Source of the DNA: Clostridiales bacterium | GTDB taxonomy: Bacteria > Bacillota > Clostridia > Oscillospirales > QAMX01 | Reading direction: 5' to 3' | Assembly: GCA_016303065.1 (NCBI GenBank) | Contig: JAEDMJ010000003.1 | Coordinates: forward strand, 9,552 to 73,551 | DNA length: 64,000 nt | Shown: piece after piece, positions 8,092-17,339 of the stretch | Position numbering within the stretch: position 1 is the first letter of the stretch | Layout: the number at the start of each line of letters is the position of its first letter | The notes under the pieces: model-generated | Told to the model about the DNA's origin: nothing | The model's input: only the letters and a program-made list of their open reading frames with translations | Databases searched by the model: none | Made by a program: the position numbers and the translations under genes

Positions 8092-10095
8092 ATGTCAAAA
8101 TACTTTGTCGGCGTTTCATACTATCCCGAATGGTGGCCCGAGGAGGAATGGGAAACCGATTTTTCAAAAATGGAGGAAATCGGCATAAACGCCGTCCGCA
8201 TGGGCGAGTTTGCCTGGAGCTGGTACGAGCCGCGGGAGGGCGAATTCAATTTTGAGCCCATGCGCCGCGCCGTTGACGCCGCAGCCCGGCACGGCATCTC
8301 CGTCATCATGGCAACCACCTCCGCAGTCTGCCCTCCGTGGCTGTATAAAAAGCACCCCGAGGTCAAGGGCGGAAACATCTACGGAAAGTACACTTTCGGC
8401 GGGCGCAAGGGAAACTGCCTTTCTTCCGACATTCTGCGGGAGTATGTCCTCCGCGTGACCGAGGAACAGGCGCGCGCGCTCGGCGGCCACCCCAACATAG
8501 TCGGATGGCAGCTTGACAACGAGCCCGGTTTTCCCTTTGCCGAATACGACGAGCTCTGCGAAAAGAAATTCCGCGTCTGGCTCCGCGAAAGATACGGCAC
8601 CATCGAAAACCTCAACCGCGAATGGTTCAACATGGTCTGGTCAAACTGGTACAACGACTTTGACGAGATATCTTTCCCCACCAACTCCGCCGAGGGCGCC
8701 TGGACTCCCGGGCTTTTCCTCGCCACCCGCCGGTTCTTCTCCGACAATTTCAACTCCATCTTAAACATGGAAGCAGACATTCTGCGCAAATATATCTCCA
8801 AAGACGTCTTCCTTTACACCAACTGGCCCGGGGCCAACTGGTCGGTGAGCTGTTTTGACGGCGAAAAATATCTCGACTACGCCGGATGGGACAACTACGT
8901 TCCGCTTCCCGTCGGCGAAGATTACCGAATCCAGCTCCGCAGCGCCATGGAACACGACTTTGACCGGCGGCTTTCCCACGGAAAGCACCGCTTCCTCGTC
9001 GCGGAACAGACCTGCTTCCCCCACGCAAACGCGCTTCCCGAGTCCCTTGCCGCTCAAACCTGGCTTGACGTTTCCCAGGGCGCCTTCGGCACCGTATTTT
9101 TCGAGTGGCGCTCTCCCCTCGGAAGCATCGAACAAAACTATTCGAGCATGCTGGCAGGCGACCTCTCCTACTGCGAGGGCGCTCCCGCCGTCAAGCGCTT
9201 CGCCGAAGAGATCAAGCACATCTGGCCCCTTATCGACGGCGCGGAGACAAAAAGCGACATTGCCACGCTTTACTCCTACGAGTCAAGCTGGTCCACCCCC
9301 GGCTGGGTCGTGGACGGCCCCTATGACCAGGACTTTTTCAATATCCACGGCGCATTCAGAAACGCCCTCCGGCGTGACCTGGATGTTGTCGGCATCCAGG
9401 ACGACCTCTCTCCCTATAAGATGATATCTGCGCCGGGACTTCGCATCAGCACCCCCGAAAACGCGGAAAAACTCATTGACTACGTCCGCCGCGGCGGAAT
9501 TCTGATTCTGAACCGCGACTGCGGAATGTACGACGAAGACAACCGCCTTTACACGCTCTGCCCTCCCGGACTTTTCAGAGAGATGTGCGGCGTATCCGTG
9601 ATTTCGAGCATCTCCGCCGCCTCGATGGCAAAACAGCAGCCCGATGATTTCGTCGGCGTTGAGTTCCCCGACGGAAGCCGGTTTGCCGCCTGGAAGGACC
9701 TCTCCAAACTCCGCATTGAAGCTCCCGACGTCGAGGTTCTTGCCACGTTCACCTGCGGAAAGCTTCGCGGACTTCCCGCAATCACGATCCGTCCCTACGG
9801 CGACGGCCACATTGTCTATCTTGCCGCAGACTGCAACGATTACCGCTATTACGAAGCGCTTGCACACAGCCTCAACTCCCGCTTCGGGTTCAAGCCCTAT
9901 TTCGAAGCAGAGGACGGAATCCTGGCTTCCCGCCGCATAAAGGACGGAAAAGAGATTTTCTTCGCGGTAAACATGACGGAATCCGCAAAAAAGATCGTCA
10001 TCCCCCAAGGCATGGTCAACTGCCTCACCGGAGAAGCGCTCGGAACGGAATGCACCGTTCCCTTCTTTGACGCGCTGGTGTTCACAAAGAAGTAA
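8092..10095 (+). CDS. GH42 beta-galactosidase
   Basis: The N-terminus YFVGVSYYPEWWPEEEWETDFSKMEEIGINAVRMGEFAWSWYEPREGEFNF is the classic GH42 opening. Length is 667 aa. Confidence 0.85.
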   Translation: MSKYFVGVSYYPEWWPEEEWETDFSKMEEIGINAVRMGEFAWSWYEPREGEFNFEPMRRAVDAAARHGISVIMATTSAVCPPWLYKKHPEVKGGNIYGKYTFGGRKGNCLSSDILREYVLRVTEEQARALGGHPNIVGWQLDNEPGFPFAEYDELCEKKFRVWLRERYGTIENLNREWFNMVWSNWYNDFDEISFPTNSAEGAWTPGLFLATRRFFSDNFNSILNMEADILRKYISKDVFLYTNWPGANWSVSCFDGEKYLDYAGWDNYVPLPVGEDYRIQLRSAMEHDFDRRLSHGKHRFLVAEQTCFPHANALPESLAAQTWLDVSQGAFGTVFFEWRSPLGSIEQNYSSMLAGDLSYCEGAPAVKRFAEEIKHIWPLIDGAETKSDIATLYSYESSWSTPGWVVDGPYDQDFFNIHGAFRNALRRDLDVVGIQDDLSPYKMISAPGLRISTPENAEKLIDYVRRGGILILNRDCGMYDEDNRLYTLCPPGLFREMCGVSVISSISAASMAKQQPDDFVGVEFPDGSRFAAWKDLSKLRIEAPDVEVLATFTCGKLRGLPAITIRPYGDGHIVYLAADCNDYRYYEALAHSLNSRFGFKPYFEAEDGILASRRIKDGKEIFFAVNMTESAKKIVIPQGMVNCLTGEALGTECTVPFFDALVFTKK

Positions 10096-10118
10096 ACCCG
10101 CCGTATACCACAAAAACC

Positions 10119-10160
10119 AAATCCCGCCCTTTTTAAGAAAAAAGGGCGGGATTTTCTTTA
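10119..10160. terminator. Bidirectional terminator between convergent genes
   Basis: aaatcccgcccttttt / aaaaagggcgggattt stem with A/T runs on both sides. It lies between the GH42 gene (+) and cinA (-). Confidence 0.6.
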
Positions 10161-10217
10161 TGACACGGAGTTCTGTTTTCCCGGAATTTCCTTTCCGGAC
10201 GGGAAACGCGGAATTTT

Positions 10218-11462
10218 TCAGATTTTTGCCACAGCGTCCAGCACGGCTTTGAGCGCGGTGTTCGCGGCAATGCCGCGGATGTCCGCCCTTTCTCTGCTGC
10301 GGCCGCCAAGACGAAGCTCCCTGACCTCCGTCTTTCCGCCGCAGCACAGCCCGAGGTACACCAGTCCCACCGGTTTTTCGGCCGTGCCGCCTCCGGGACC
10401 GGCAATGCCGGTGAGGCTGACGCCGATATCCGCGCCGGTAAGCAGGCAGACTCCCCTGGCCATCTCCTCCGCAGTCTCCGGACTGACGGCGCCGAACGAG
10501 GCAAGCGTTTCGGCTTTTACTCCCAGAACGCGCTCCTTAACGGAGTTTGCGTAAGTCACCGCTCCACCGAGGAAAACGGCAGAGCTTCCCGAAACGTCGG
10601 TTATTCTCTTTGAAACAAGCCCTCCGGTGCAGGATTCCGCCGCAGCAAGCGTGAGACGCTTATCGTACAAAGCCGCAACAACCGCATGCTCCAGACTGTC
10701 GACGTTAACGCCGTATACGACGTCTCCCAAAGCCTTCCGGATGTCTGCCACAACGGGCGCAGTGAGCGCTTTCGCTTCTTCTTCCGTTTTTGCTCTGGCG
10801 GTGACGCGAAGCTCGACCTCTCCGAGCTTGCAGTAGGGCGCAACGGTGGGATTAACCGCATTTTCCATCATGGGGCGGAGCAGCGCTTCAACGGCCGACT
10901 CGCCCATGCCGCAAATCCGAACGGAGTCGGAATAAATGACCCCGTCGGCCATGGCGGCAAGGTACGGCACAAGGCGGTGATCCGTCATCGGCCGGCACTC
11001 CCGCGGCGGACCGGGCAGCATTGCGACAATGCATCCCCCCGCGTCAAAGGCGCAGCCCGGGGCGGTTCCCCAGTCGTTTTCAAAAACGGTGCAGTCCCGG
11101 GGAAGATAGGCCTGTTTTATGTTGTTTTCCGTCATGGGTCTGTCCCGTTCGGCAAAAAAAGCTTTGATTCTGTCAAGGCTCGCCTCGTGAAGCACAAGCT
11201 CCCTGTCAAAAACACGGCAGATGATCTCTTTTGTAAGATCGTCGTATGTCGGCCCGAGCCCCCCCGTCGTTATAACGAGGTCCGAACGCTTTCCCGCCTC
11301 CCGAAGCACCTGCTCAAGCCTTGCCGGATTGTCTCCGACAACGGTGTGATAAAAGACATTTATACCCAAATTTGCAAGTTTTTGGGAAATATATTGGCCG
11401 TCTGTGTTGGAAATCTCTCCCAAAAGCAATTCTGTTCCGACGGCGACAAGCTCTGCGTTCAA
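10218..11462 (-). CDS. cinA: Competence/damage-inducible protein CinA (MoCF-binding domain + PncC nicotinamide-nucleotide amidase domain)
   Basis: NAELVAVGTELLLGEISNTDGQ N-terminus and C-terminal PncC-like ..AAESCTGGL.. motif. TTG start at 11462 with GGAAGG 8 nt upstream. Confidence 0.85.
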   Translation of the reverse strand: MNAELVAVGTELLLGEISNTDGQYISQKLANLGINVFYHTVVGDNPARLEQVLREAGKRSDLVITTGGLGPTYDDLTKEIICRVFDRELVLHEASLDRIKAFFAERDRPMTENNIKQAYLPRDCTVFENDWGTAPGCAFDAGGCIVAMLPGPPRECRPMTDHRLVPYLAAMADGVIYSDSVRICGMGESAVEALLRPMMENAVNPTVAPYCKLGEVELRVTARAKTEEEAKALTAPVVADIRKALGDVVYGVNVDSLEHAVVAALYDKRLTLAAAESCTGGLVSKRITDVSGSSAVFLGGAVTYANSVKERVLGVKAETLASFGAVSPETAEEMARGVCLLTGADIGVSLTGIAGPGGGTAEKPVGLVYLGLCCGGKTEVRELRLGGRSRERADIRGIAANTALKAVLDAVAKI

Positions 11463-11480
11463 GATATTACCTTCCTCTCC

Positions 11481-12683
11481 TTAGTCGGCGCGGTTCCCGC
11501 CGCCGACGACAATGCGCTCCGCCGCTTCGATGGCCGCATCCAGAAGAGGTTCAAAGTCGAGCTTGGCTTCCTCGGCCTCAAGCCGCTCGAGCCGGGGCTT
11601 GGTGTTGGGATGCTTCGGCGTGAAAACGGTACAGCAGTCCTCAAAGGGGCGGGTCGATATCTCAAAAGTGTCCGTCGCGCGTGCAATCTGTATTATCTCT
11701 TCCTTGTCCATGCCTATAAGCGGCCGGAAAAGCAGCCTGTCGCACACGGCAGATGTGACGGCCAGGGATTTCATCGTCTGGCTGGCGACCTGTCCCAGGC
11801 TTTCGCCTGTTATAATGCACTCACAGCCCTCTCTGGCGGCAATTTTGCAGGATATTCTCATCATCATGCGCCGCAGGAGCAGTGTGAACAGGTCTTCCTG
11901 ACAGGCGTCCCGAAGCGCTTCCATGACAGGCGCGGCGTTGACCACAAAAAGCTGGATCCGGCCGCATCGGGCGCTCATCGCATCGGCAAGGTCCAGAACT
12001 TTCTGACGGGCGCGTTCGGAGGTGTACGGCGGGCTTTCAAAGTGAACCGCAGTCAGCCTCACCCCGCGCTTTGCAAGCATATGACCCGCAACCGGGCTGT
12101 CGATGCCGCCGGAGAGCATGAGAAGACCCTTTCCCCCGGTGCCGACCGGCATTCCTCCCGCTCCGGCAAGACGTCCGGCGTGGATATAGGCCGCATGGTC
12201 GCGGATCTCGACATAGACCGTCATGTCCGGCTTTTCCAGGTCCACGCGAAGGTGGGGGAAAGCGTCCAGAAGAACTCCCCCCGCCTCTCCGGCGATCTCC
12301 GGGGAAGTGAAGGGGAATTTCTTGTCCGAACGCCGGACAAGAACCTTGAAAGTCTCCGCGCCCAAAAGCGCATCTTTGCAGTACCCCGGAAGAAGCTTCA
12401 GTATGGTCGCCATGTCCTTTTCGCACTCTGCCGCGCGGCACACGACCACAACGCCGTACACAAGGCACATTGCCTCCGCCGCCTCGCCGATTCTCTCCTC
12501 CGCCTGTGCATCCGTCGGGCGGATATAAACGGTCGACTGCATGATGCTGACGTGAAAACTGCCTATTCTGGAAAGGCGGTATCGCACGTTCGTAAGGAGC
12601 TGCTGTTCAAAGCTGGAGCGGTTCAGCCCTTTAAGGACGATCTCGCCCAATTTCAAAAGTATAATCTCTTTATATTCCATCAT
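11481..12683 (-). CDS. thiI: tRNA 4-thiouridine(8) synthase ThiI
   Basis: THUMP-type N-terminus (ILLKLGEIVLKGLNR) and PP-loop LLMLSGGIDSPVA. Length is 400 aa. Confidence 0.9.
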   Translation of the reverse strand: MMEYKEIILLKLGEIVLKGLNRSSFEQQLLTNVRYRLSRIGSFHVSIMQSTVYIRPTDAQAEERIGEAAEAMCLVYGVVVVCRAAECEKDMATILKLLPGYCKDALLGAETFKVLVRRSDKKFPFTSPEIAGEAGGVLLDAFPHLRVDLEKPDMTVYVEIRDHAAYIHAGRLAGAGGMPVGTGGKGLLMLSGGIDSPVAGHMLAKRGVRLTAVHFESPPYTSERARQKVLDLADAMSARCGRIQLFVVNAAPVMEALRDACQEDLFTLLLRRMMMRISCKIAAREGCECIITGESLGQVASQTMKSLAVTSAVCDRLLFRPLIGMDKEEIIQIARATDTFEISTRPFEDCCTVFTPKHPNTKPRLERLEAEEAKLDFEPLLDAAIEAAERIVVGGGNRAD

Positions 12684-12689
12684 TTTTTC

Positions 12690-13799
12690 TTATGCGTGGG
12701 CAAGTTCACCCGCCGCGCGTTCCAGCGCCGACGCAAGCCTCACGGCGTCCTCCTCTGTGTTGTATGCCGAAAAACTTATGCGAAGCGCTCCGTCAAGCGT
12801 CTTCGCTTCAAGTTCAAGCGCCTTGAGCACATGGCTCGGCTTTCCCCGTCCGCAGGCGGAGCCGGACGAAACGTATATCTGTTCCGCAGAAAGCCTGTGG
12901 AGCAGAGTCTCCGAACGGAAGCCCGGAAGGCTCACCATGCATACGCCCGTATCTCCTCTTGATATCACTTTCAGGCCGTCTATGCGCTCCAGAAGAGAAA
13001 GAGCGTACTCCTTGAGCTTCACGGCTCTGCCGCTTTTGTCCCGGGCCGCGACCGCCGCGCCGAAAGCCGCGATCAGCGGCACCGGCTCCGTTCCGGGAGC
13101 AAGGCCCTTTTCCTGCCCTCCGCCGAAGGTTATCGGCGAAAGCTTCACGCCCTTCCGGACCCAAAGCGCCCCCACGCCCTTCGGCGCATGGACCTTGTGC
13201 CCGCTGACAGCCACAAGGTCCGCTCCGAGAGTTTTGACCGAAAACGGAATTTTGCAGAACGCCTGCACTGCGTCGGTGTGCAAAAGCGCACGGCTCTTTC
13301 TTCTTTTCAGTTCTCCTGCGATCTCCGCAACAGGCTGAACCGTTCCGAGCTCGTTGTTTGCAAGCATCACCGAAACAAGCACGGTGTCGCTGCGCACGGC
13401 GGAAAGGACGTCTTCCGCGCGCACTCTTCCGTCCGGTCCCGGAGCGACACGGGTCACCTCAAAGCCCTCTTTTTCCAGCGCGGCAGCCGCGTTCAAAACG
13501 GCGTCGTGCTCGATCCGGGTTGTGACAATGTGCTTTCCGATGCGGCAGTTTCTCCTTGCGCCGCCGAGAACGGCCAGATTGTCGCTGAAAGTGCCTCCGG
13601 GAGTGAACACCAGCTCGTCGGGAGCTCCGCCCAAAACCGAGGCAAGAGTTTTTCTGGCTTCATCCACCGTCCGCTCCGCAGCAAAGCCCGCAGAGTGCAG
13701 CGAGGACGGATTTCCGAAAGTCTCCTCTGCCGCACGTTCAAAAGCTTCCAGCGCCGCGGAACACACCTGCGTCGTCGCCGCGTTGTCAAGATATGTCAT
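12690..13799 (-). CDS. Cysteine desulfurase (NifS/NifZ type, class V aminotransferase)
   Basis: MTYLDNAATTQV start, SGHKVHAPKGVGAL PLP-lysine region, and SSGSAC active-site Cys loop. The ATG at 13799 overlaps the upstream stop (ATGA). The ORF-track start at 13946 is an upstream extension. Confidence 0.85.
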   Translation of the reverse strand: MTYLDNAATTQVCSAALEAFERAAEETFGNPSSLHSAGFAAERTVDEARKTLASVLGGAPDELVFTPGGTFSDNLAVLGGARRNCRIGKHIVTTRIEHDAVLNAAAALEKEGFEVTRVAPGPDGRVRAEDVLSAVRSDTVLVSVMLANNELGTVQPVAEIAGELKRRKSRALLHTDAVQAFCKIPFSVKTLGADLVAVSGHKVHAPKGVGALWVRKGVKLSPITFGGGQEKGLAPGTEPVPLIAAFGAAVAARDKSGRAVKLKEYALSLLERIDGLKVISRGDTGVCMVSLPGFRSETLLHRLSAEQIYVSSGSACGRGKPSHVLKALELEAKTLDGALRISFSAYNTEEDAVRLASALERAAGELAHA

Positions 13800-14707
13800 G
13801 GAAGCTTGTGTCCCGCCGCGGAATAGAGCCCGTACCAGTCGGCGCGGCTCATTCTGTAATCGGAGGCGGCACAGATGTCTTTGATGTGCGAAACCGACGT
13901 TGTTCCCGAAATTGCCTGTATGTTGGCCGGATGGCGCAGAATCCACGCGAAAGCCAGCGCCGCGGGGGTAAAGCCCGTTTCCGCGGACAGGCGGTCAAGC
14001 ACGGCGTTCAGCTCGGGAAATTTCTCATTTCCCAGGAAACAGCCTTCAAAGAACCCGTACTGCAGCGGGCTCCACGCCTGAACCGTGACCTTGTTGAGCC
14101 GGCAGTAGTCGAGAACGCCTCCGTCGCGTCCACAGGCCTGCGGCAGCGTCGTGTTGACATATATCCCCTGGTCCACCATCCCCGCATTCACAACGCTAAA
14201 CTGCATCTGGTTCGCAACGATGTGATCCGAGAGAGAGCGGTTCAAAAGCTCCATCTGACCGGCCGTGTGGTTGCTGACTCCGAAACGGCGCACAAGCCCG
14301 CGGCTTCGGAGCTCTTCAAAGACTTCCGCAACTTCTTCCGGCTCGCCCAGAGCGTCGTTTCTGTGCAGAAGAAGCACGTCGATATAGTCAAGGCCGAGCC
14401 TCTTCAGGCTTGCCTCGACGGCAGACCTGAGGTATTCCGCCGAAAAATCGTACATTCCGCGGCGAATCCCGGCTTTTGTCTGTATCTTCACGGATTCGCG
14501 CACACCCAGCTCCCGCACGGCGCGTCCCAAAAGCTCCTCGCTCTTTCCGCCGCCGTAAATGTCCGCGGTGTCAAAAAAATCTATTCCGTTCTCTATTGCC
14601 GCGGACACAAGCGCGGTGACGTCGCGCTGTTCCATTCCGCCCACGCGCCAAAGTCCCAAAGCGACCGCGGACGCCTCAAAGGCTCCGCCAATGCTTATTC
14701 TCTTCAT
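13796..14707 (-). CDS. Aldo/keto reductase
   Basis: GIDFFDTADIYGGGKSEELLG and LDYIDVLLLHR motifs. Length is 303 aa. Confidence 0.85.
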   Translation of the reverse strand: MKRISIGGAFEASAVALGLWRVGGMEQRDVTALVSAAIENGIDFFDTADIYGGGKSEELLGRAVRELGVRESVKIQTKAGIRRGMYDFSAEYLRSAVEASLKRLGLDYIDVLLLHRNDALGEPEEVAEVFEELRSRGLVRRFGVSNHTAGQMELLNRSLSDHIVANQMQFSVVNAGMVDQGIYVNTTLPQACGRDGGVLDYCRLNKVTVQAWSPLQYGFFEGCFLGNEKFPELNAVLDRLSAETGFTPAALAFAWILRHPANIQAISGTTSVSHIKDICAASDYRMSRADWYGLYSAAGHKLP

Positions 14708-14741
14708 CGTTAAAAATCCCTTCCGTTCCGAAACCCGGAGT

Positions 14742-15152
14742 TCATTCCTTCGGGCTGAAAAATTCGATCGTTTCCCCGTTCAGACCCTTTACAAAGGCAA
14801 TTCTGACCGGAAGATCCCCCTGGTGACAGGGAATGACCGTATCGTAGGGCGCTTTATCCGTAACCGCGCCTCCGGCAATCGCAGCGGCATAGGCTCCGTC
14901 CGCGTCGGAAGTTCCGATCGCAAGGTGGAAAAACTCGCCGTCCGCCTCCTCCGCCGCGCTTCCGCGGGCAAATATTTCAACACAGCCGCCGTCGCCGATA
15001 CCGACCATGCACACGCGTCTGTCGCCTTCTCCCCAGCTTCGTACAAGCTCCATTCCCAGAGCCTTCGTGTAAAACTCAACCGTTTTGTCGTAATCCGCCG
15101 CTCTCAGAGCGATATGATGAAAGCATGCGTTTTTAATTGTGCTGTTTGCCAT
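14742..15152 (-). CDS. VOC family protein (glyoxalase/bleomycin-resistance fold)
   Basis: FHHIALRAADYDKTVEFYTKALGMEL opening typical of the VOC fold. Length is 136 aa. Confidence 0.75.
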   Translation of the reverse strand: MANSTIKNACFHHIALRAADYDKTVEFYTKALGMELVRSWGEGDRRVCMVGIGDGGCVEIFARGSAAEEADGEFFHLAIGTSDADGAYAAAIAGGAVTDKAPYDTVIPCHQGDLPVRIAFVKGLNGETIEFFSPKE

Positions 15153-15249
15153 TTATATTGCCTCCCGTCAGGATGTGTATTTCAATTATACCACATAAGT
15201 TCCCGGAAATAAAGCCCGTCCGGCGCAAAACATTTGTCAGATGCGAACC

Positions 15250-15290
15250 GAAAAGCCCCGTTTCTCTTCAAAAAAGAAACGGGGCTTTTC
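15250..15290 (-). terminator. Stem-loop terminator after the GH29 gene
   Basis: A perfect 16-bp stem gaaaagccccgtttct / agaaacggggcttttc with U-rich stem ends. Confidence 0.55.
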
Positions 15291-15321
15291 ATCTCCGGCC
15301 TTGTCCGGAACCTTTAACTTA

Positions 15322-16617
15322 TCAAACTCTGATCTTTATGCCGTAAGCGCAGCGGCAGGGCAGCTCGTCGGGGTCGATCGGCGGGAAAGAAACGCGGATC
15401 TTTCCGTCTTCGTTTTCCACGGTGAGCTTCGCTCCGGGAAGTCCAAGCATGGACGCTTCCGCATTTTCGGAGTAGGGAATATCCAGAGTGACGGGTTTGA
15501 ACGGCGAACGCAGAAGCCAGGCATAAACCGCATCGCCCTTTTTGGTATAGCGCACGTCGCCGGAGGCTCCCGGAAGATATTTTCGGCTTCCGTAGATGCC
15601 CTCTCCGTTGACGTCAAGCCACCGGCCGATCTGAAGGAGCCTCTCCTGCATGATAACGGGGATGCGTCCGTCAGGCGTCGGGCCGACGTTCAAAAGCAGA
15701 TTGCTCCCCTTGCCCACAAGGTCAACAAACATATGTATGAGCGCCTTCTCGGTAAGATAGTGCTCGGGTCTTTCAAATTTGTTCCAGCCAAACGAGGCTC
15801 CGATTCCCCGGCACTCTTCGGAAACCCTGTCGAGCTCCGCCGCAGTGCGTCCCGCTTCGATCAGTCCGTATTCCGTGGTGAAGTTCCCGCCGAGACGGCC
15901 GCGGGTCTCTTTTCCCCAGCGGTCGTTGGGAACGATGAAATCCCTGACCGAACTCTCGTTGTAGAGCCACTGTAGAAACTCGGTGGAATGCCAGACGGAG
16001 CTCTCGTGGTCCCATTCCCCGTCGGTGAACAGCGTGGCGGGCTCATACTTTGTGACGATCTCCTTGAGCATCGGTATAAGGTGCTCAAGGGCGTAGCGCT
16101 CCGGATTTTCAAGGTAGAGCGGATGGAACCACTCGTAAACCGAATGGTAAACGCCGAAGCGCACATCCGTCCTGTCGCACGCCGCTTTAAGCTCGGCGCA
16201 GAAATCCCTGTGCGGGCCCACGTCCCAGCTGTTCCAGTTCCATGCGTAATCCGTTTTGTAAAGACAGAACCCGTCGTGGTGCTTGCTGACAAGGTTCATA
16301 TACTTCGCACCGGACTTCCGGAAAAGCCCGACCCACTCGTCCGCGTCAAAGTTCTCGGCGGTAAATCCGGAAACGAAGTCCTCGTATCTGAAATTCTCGC
16401 CGTAGCGCTTTTTGTGGTAGTCAACGTACATTTTCTGGCGCTCGCTGGGATTTTCCAGTCTCAGCGGCCATCCGTACCACTCTGCGTAATCCCCGAAAGG
16501 GGCATACGCCGGAACGGAATAGAGGCCCCAATGTATGAAGATCCCGAATTTGGCGTCTTCAAACCAGGCCGGCACCCGGCGGGAATTCAGCGACTCCCAG
16601 TTGTTTTCATATTTCAT
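15322..16617 (-). CDS. GH29 alpha-L-fucosidase
   Basis: WFEDAKFGIFIHWGLYSVPAY.. and ..KHHDGFCLY.. GH29 motifs. The ATG at 16617 has AGGAGGA 5 nt upstream. The ORF-track ATG at 16665 has no RBS. Confidence 0.85.
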   Translation of the reverse strand: MKYENNWESLNSRRVPAWFEDAKFGIFIHWGLYSVPAYAPFGDYAEWYGWPLRLENPSERQKMYVDYHKKRYGENFRYEDFVSGFTAENFDADEWVGLFRKSGAKYMNLVSKHHDGFCLYKTDYAWNWNSWDVGPHRDFCAELKAACDRTDVRFGVYHSVYEWFHPLYLENPERYALEHLIPMLKEIVTKYEPATLFTDGEWDHESSVWHSTEFLQWLYNESSVRDFIVPNDRWGKETRGRLGGNFTTEYGLIEAGRTAAELDRVSEECRGIGASFGWNKFERPEHYLTEKALIHMFVDLVGKGSNLLLNVGPTPDGRIPVIMQERLLQIGRWLDVNGEGIYGSRKYLPGASGDVRYTKKGDAVYAWLLRSPFKPVTLDIPYSENAEASMLGLPGAKLTVENEDGKIRVSFPPIDPDELPCRCAYGIKIRV

Positions 16618-16667
16618 AGTATCCTCCTGATATAACTTATCCTTATACTTATACGAAAGCTCCATCG

Positions 16668-17339
16668 TCAGACGCGCAGCTCGCCGGAATGGGTCATAAG
16701 CGTCACGCCGGTGACTCCGGGTATCGCCGCAACGGCTCTCACAAGCCCGAATTCATCCTTCACTCTGAGCTCCACGATCATTTCCACCCGTTCGGGAGTT
16801 ACCGACCTTGAACGCACCCGCGCCCCCTTGGCATACCGCTTCAGAACCGGAACCATCGCGGAATTGATCTCCTGATTCTCCGCGGAAACGATCAGAAGCA
16901 TCGGCGCGGCCAAAACCGGCACAAAATCCAGAAGAAGTATCCCCGCCGTCAGCAAAAGGGCCATGAACAGCGCGATGTGATAAAGCCCCGTTCCGCAGAC
17001 AATGCCCGAAGCAAACGACCAGAAGAGAAAGAGCATATCCGTCGGGCTCTTCACTGCGTTTCTGAAGCGGATTATCGACAGCGCGCCGACCATTCCCAGC
17101 GAAATTATGAGGCTCGACTGCATTGCAAGGATCACGCCGCAAGTCACAACGGCCATAAGCGCACAGCTTTTGTTGAATTCCGGTGAATACGATCCGCTTC
17201 TGCGGCATACTATCCTGTATACCGCATATATGTAGAGCGAAGAAGCAACCGAAGCAAGCAGGCTCGCAATAATGCGCGCCGTTCCCACGTCAGCCGTGGA
17301 AAGCCCGTCGCGGAAGGATGCGATTATCTGGTCAAACAT
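16668..17339 (-). CDS. DUF4956 family multi-pass membrane protein
   Basis: Several hydrophobic helices and the ..LSIIRFRNAVKSPTDMLFLFWSFASGIVCGTG.. core typical of DUF4956. The ATG has a GGGGGA RBS and overlaps the VTC gene end by 16 nt. Confidence 0.7.
   Translation of the reverse strand: MFDQIIASFRDGLSTADVGTARIIASLLASVASSLYIYAVYRIVCRRSGSYSPEFNKSCALMAVVTCGVILAMQSSLIISLGMVGALSIIRFRNAVKSPTDMLFLFWSFASGIVCGTGLYHIALFMALLLTAGILLLDFVPVLAAPMLLIVSAENQEINSAMVPVLKRYAKGARVRSRSVTPERVEMIVELRVKDEFGLVRAVAAIPGVTGVTLMTHSGELRV

Noticed and set aside
16618-16665. Longer start (ATG 16665) for the GH29 fucosidase, abutting the DUF4956 stop
   Set aside because: No Shine-Dalgarno sequence precedes 16665, whereas ATG 16617 has AGGAGGA at ideal spacing. 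The extra 16 residues (MELSYKYKDKLYQEDT) are not part of the GH29 fold. Coupled reinitiation at 16665 cannot be fully excluded.
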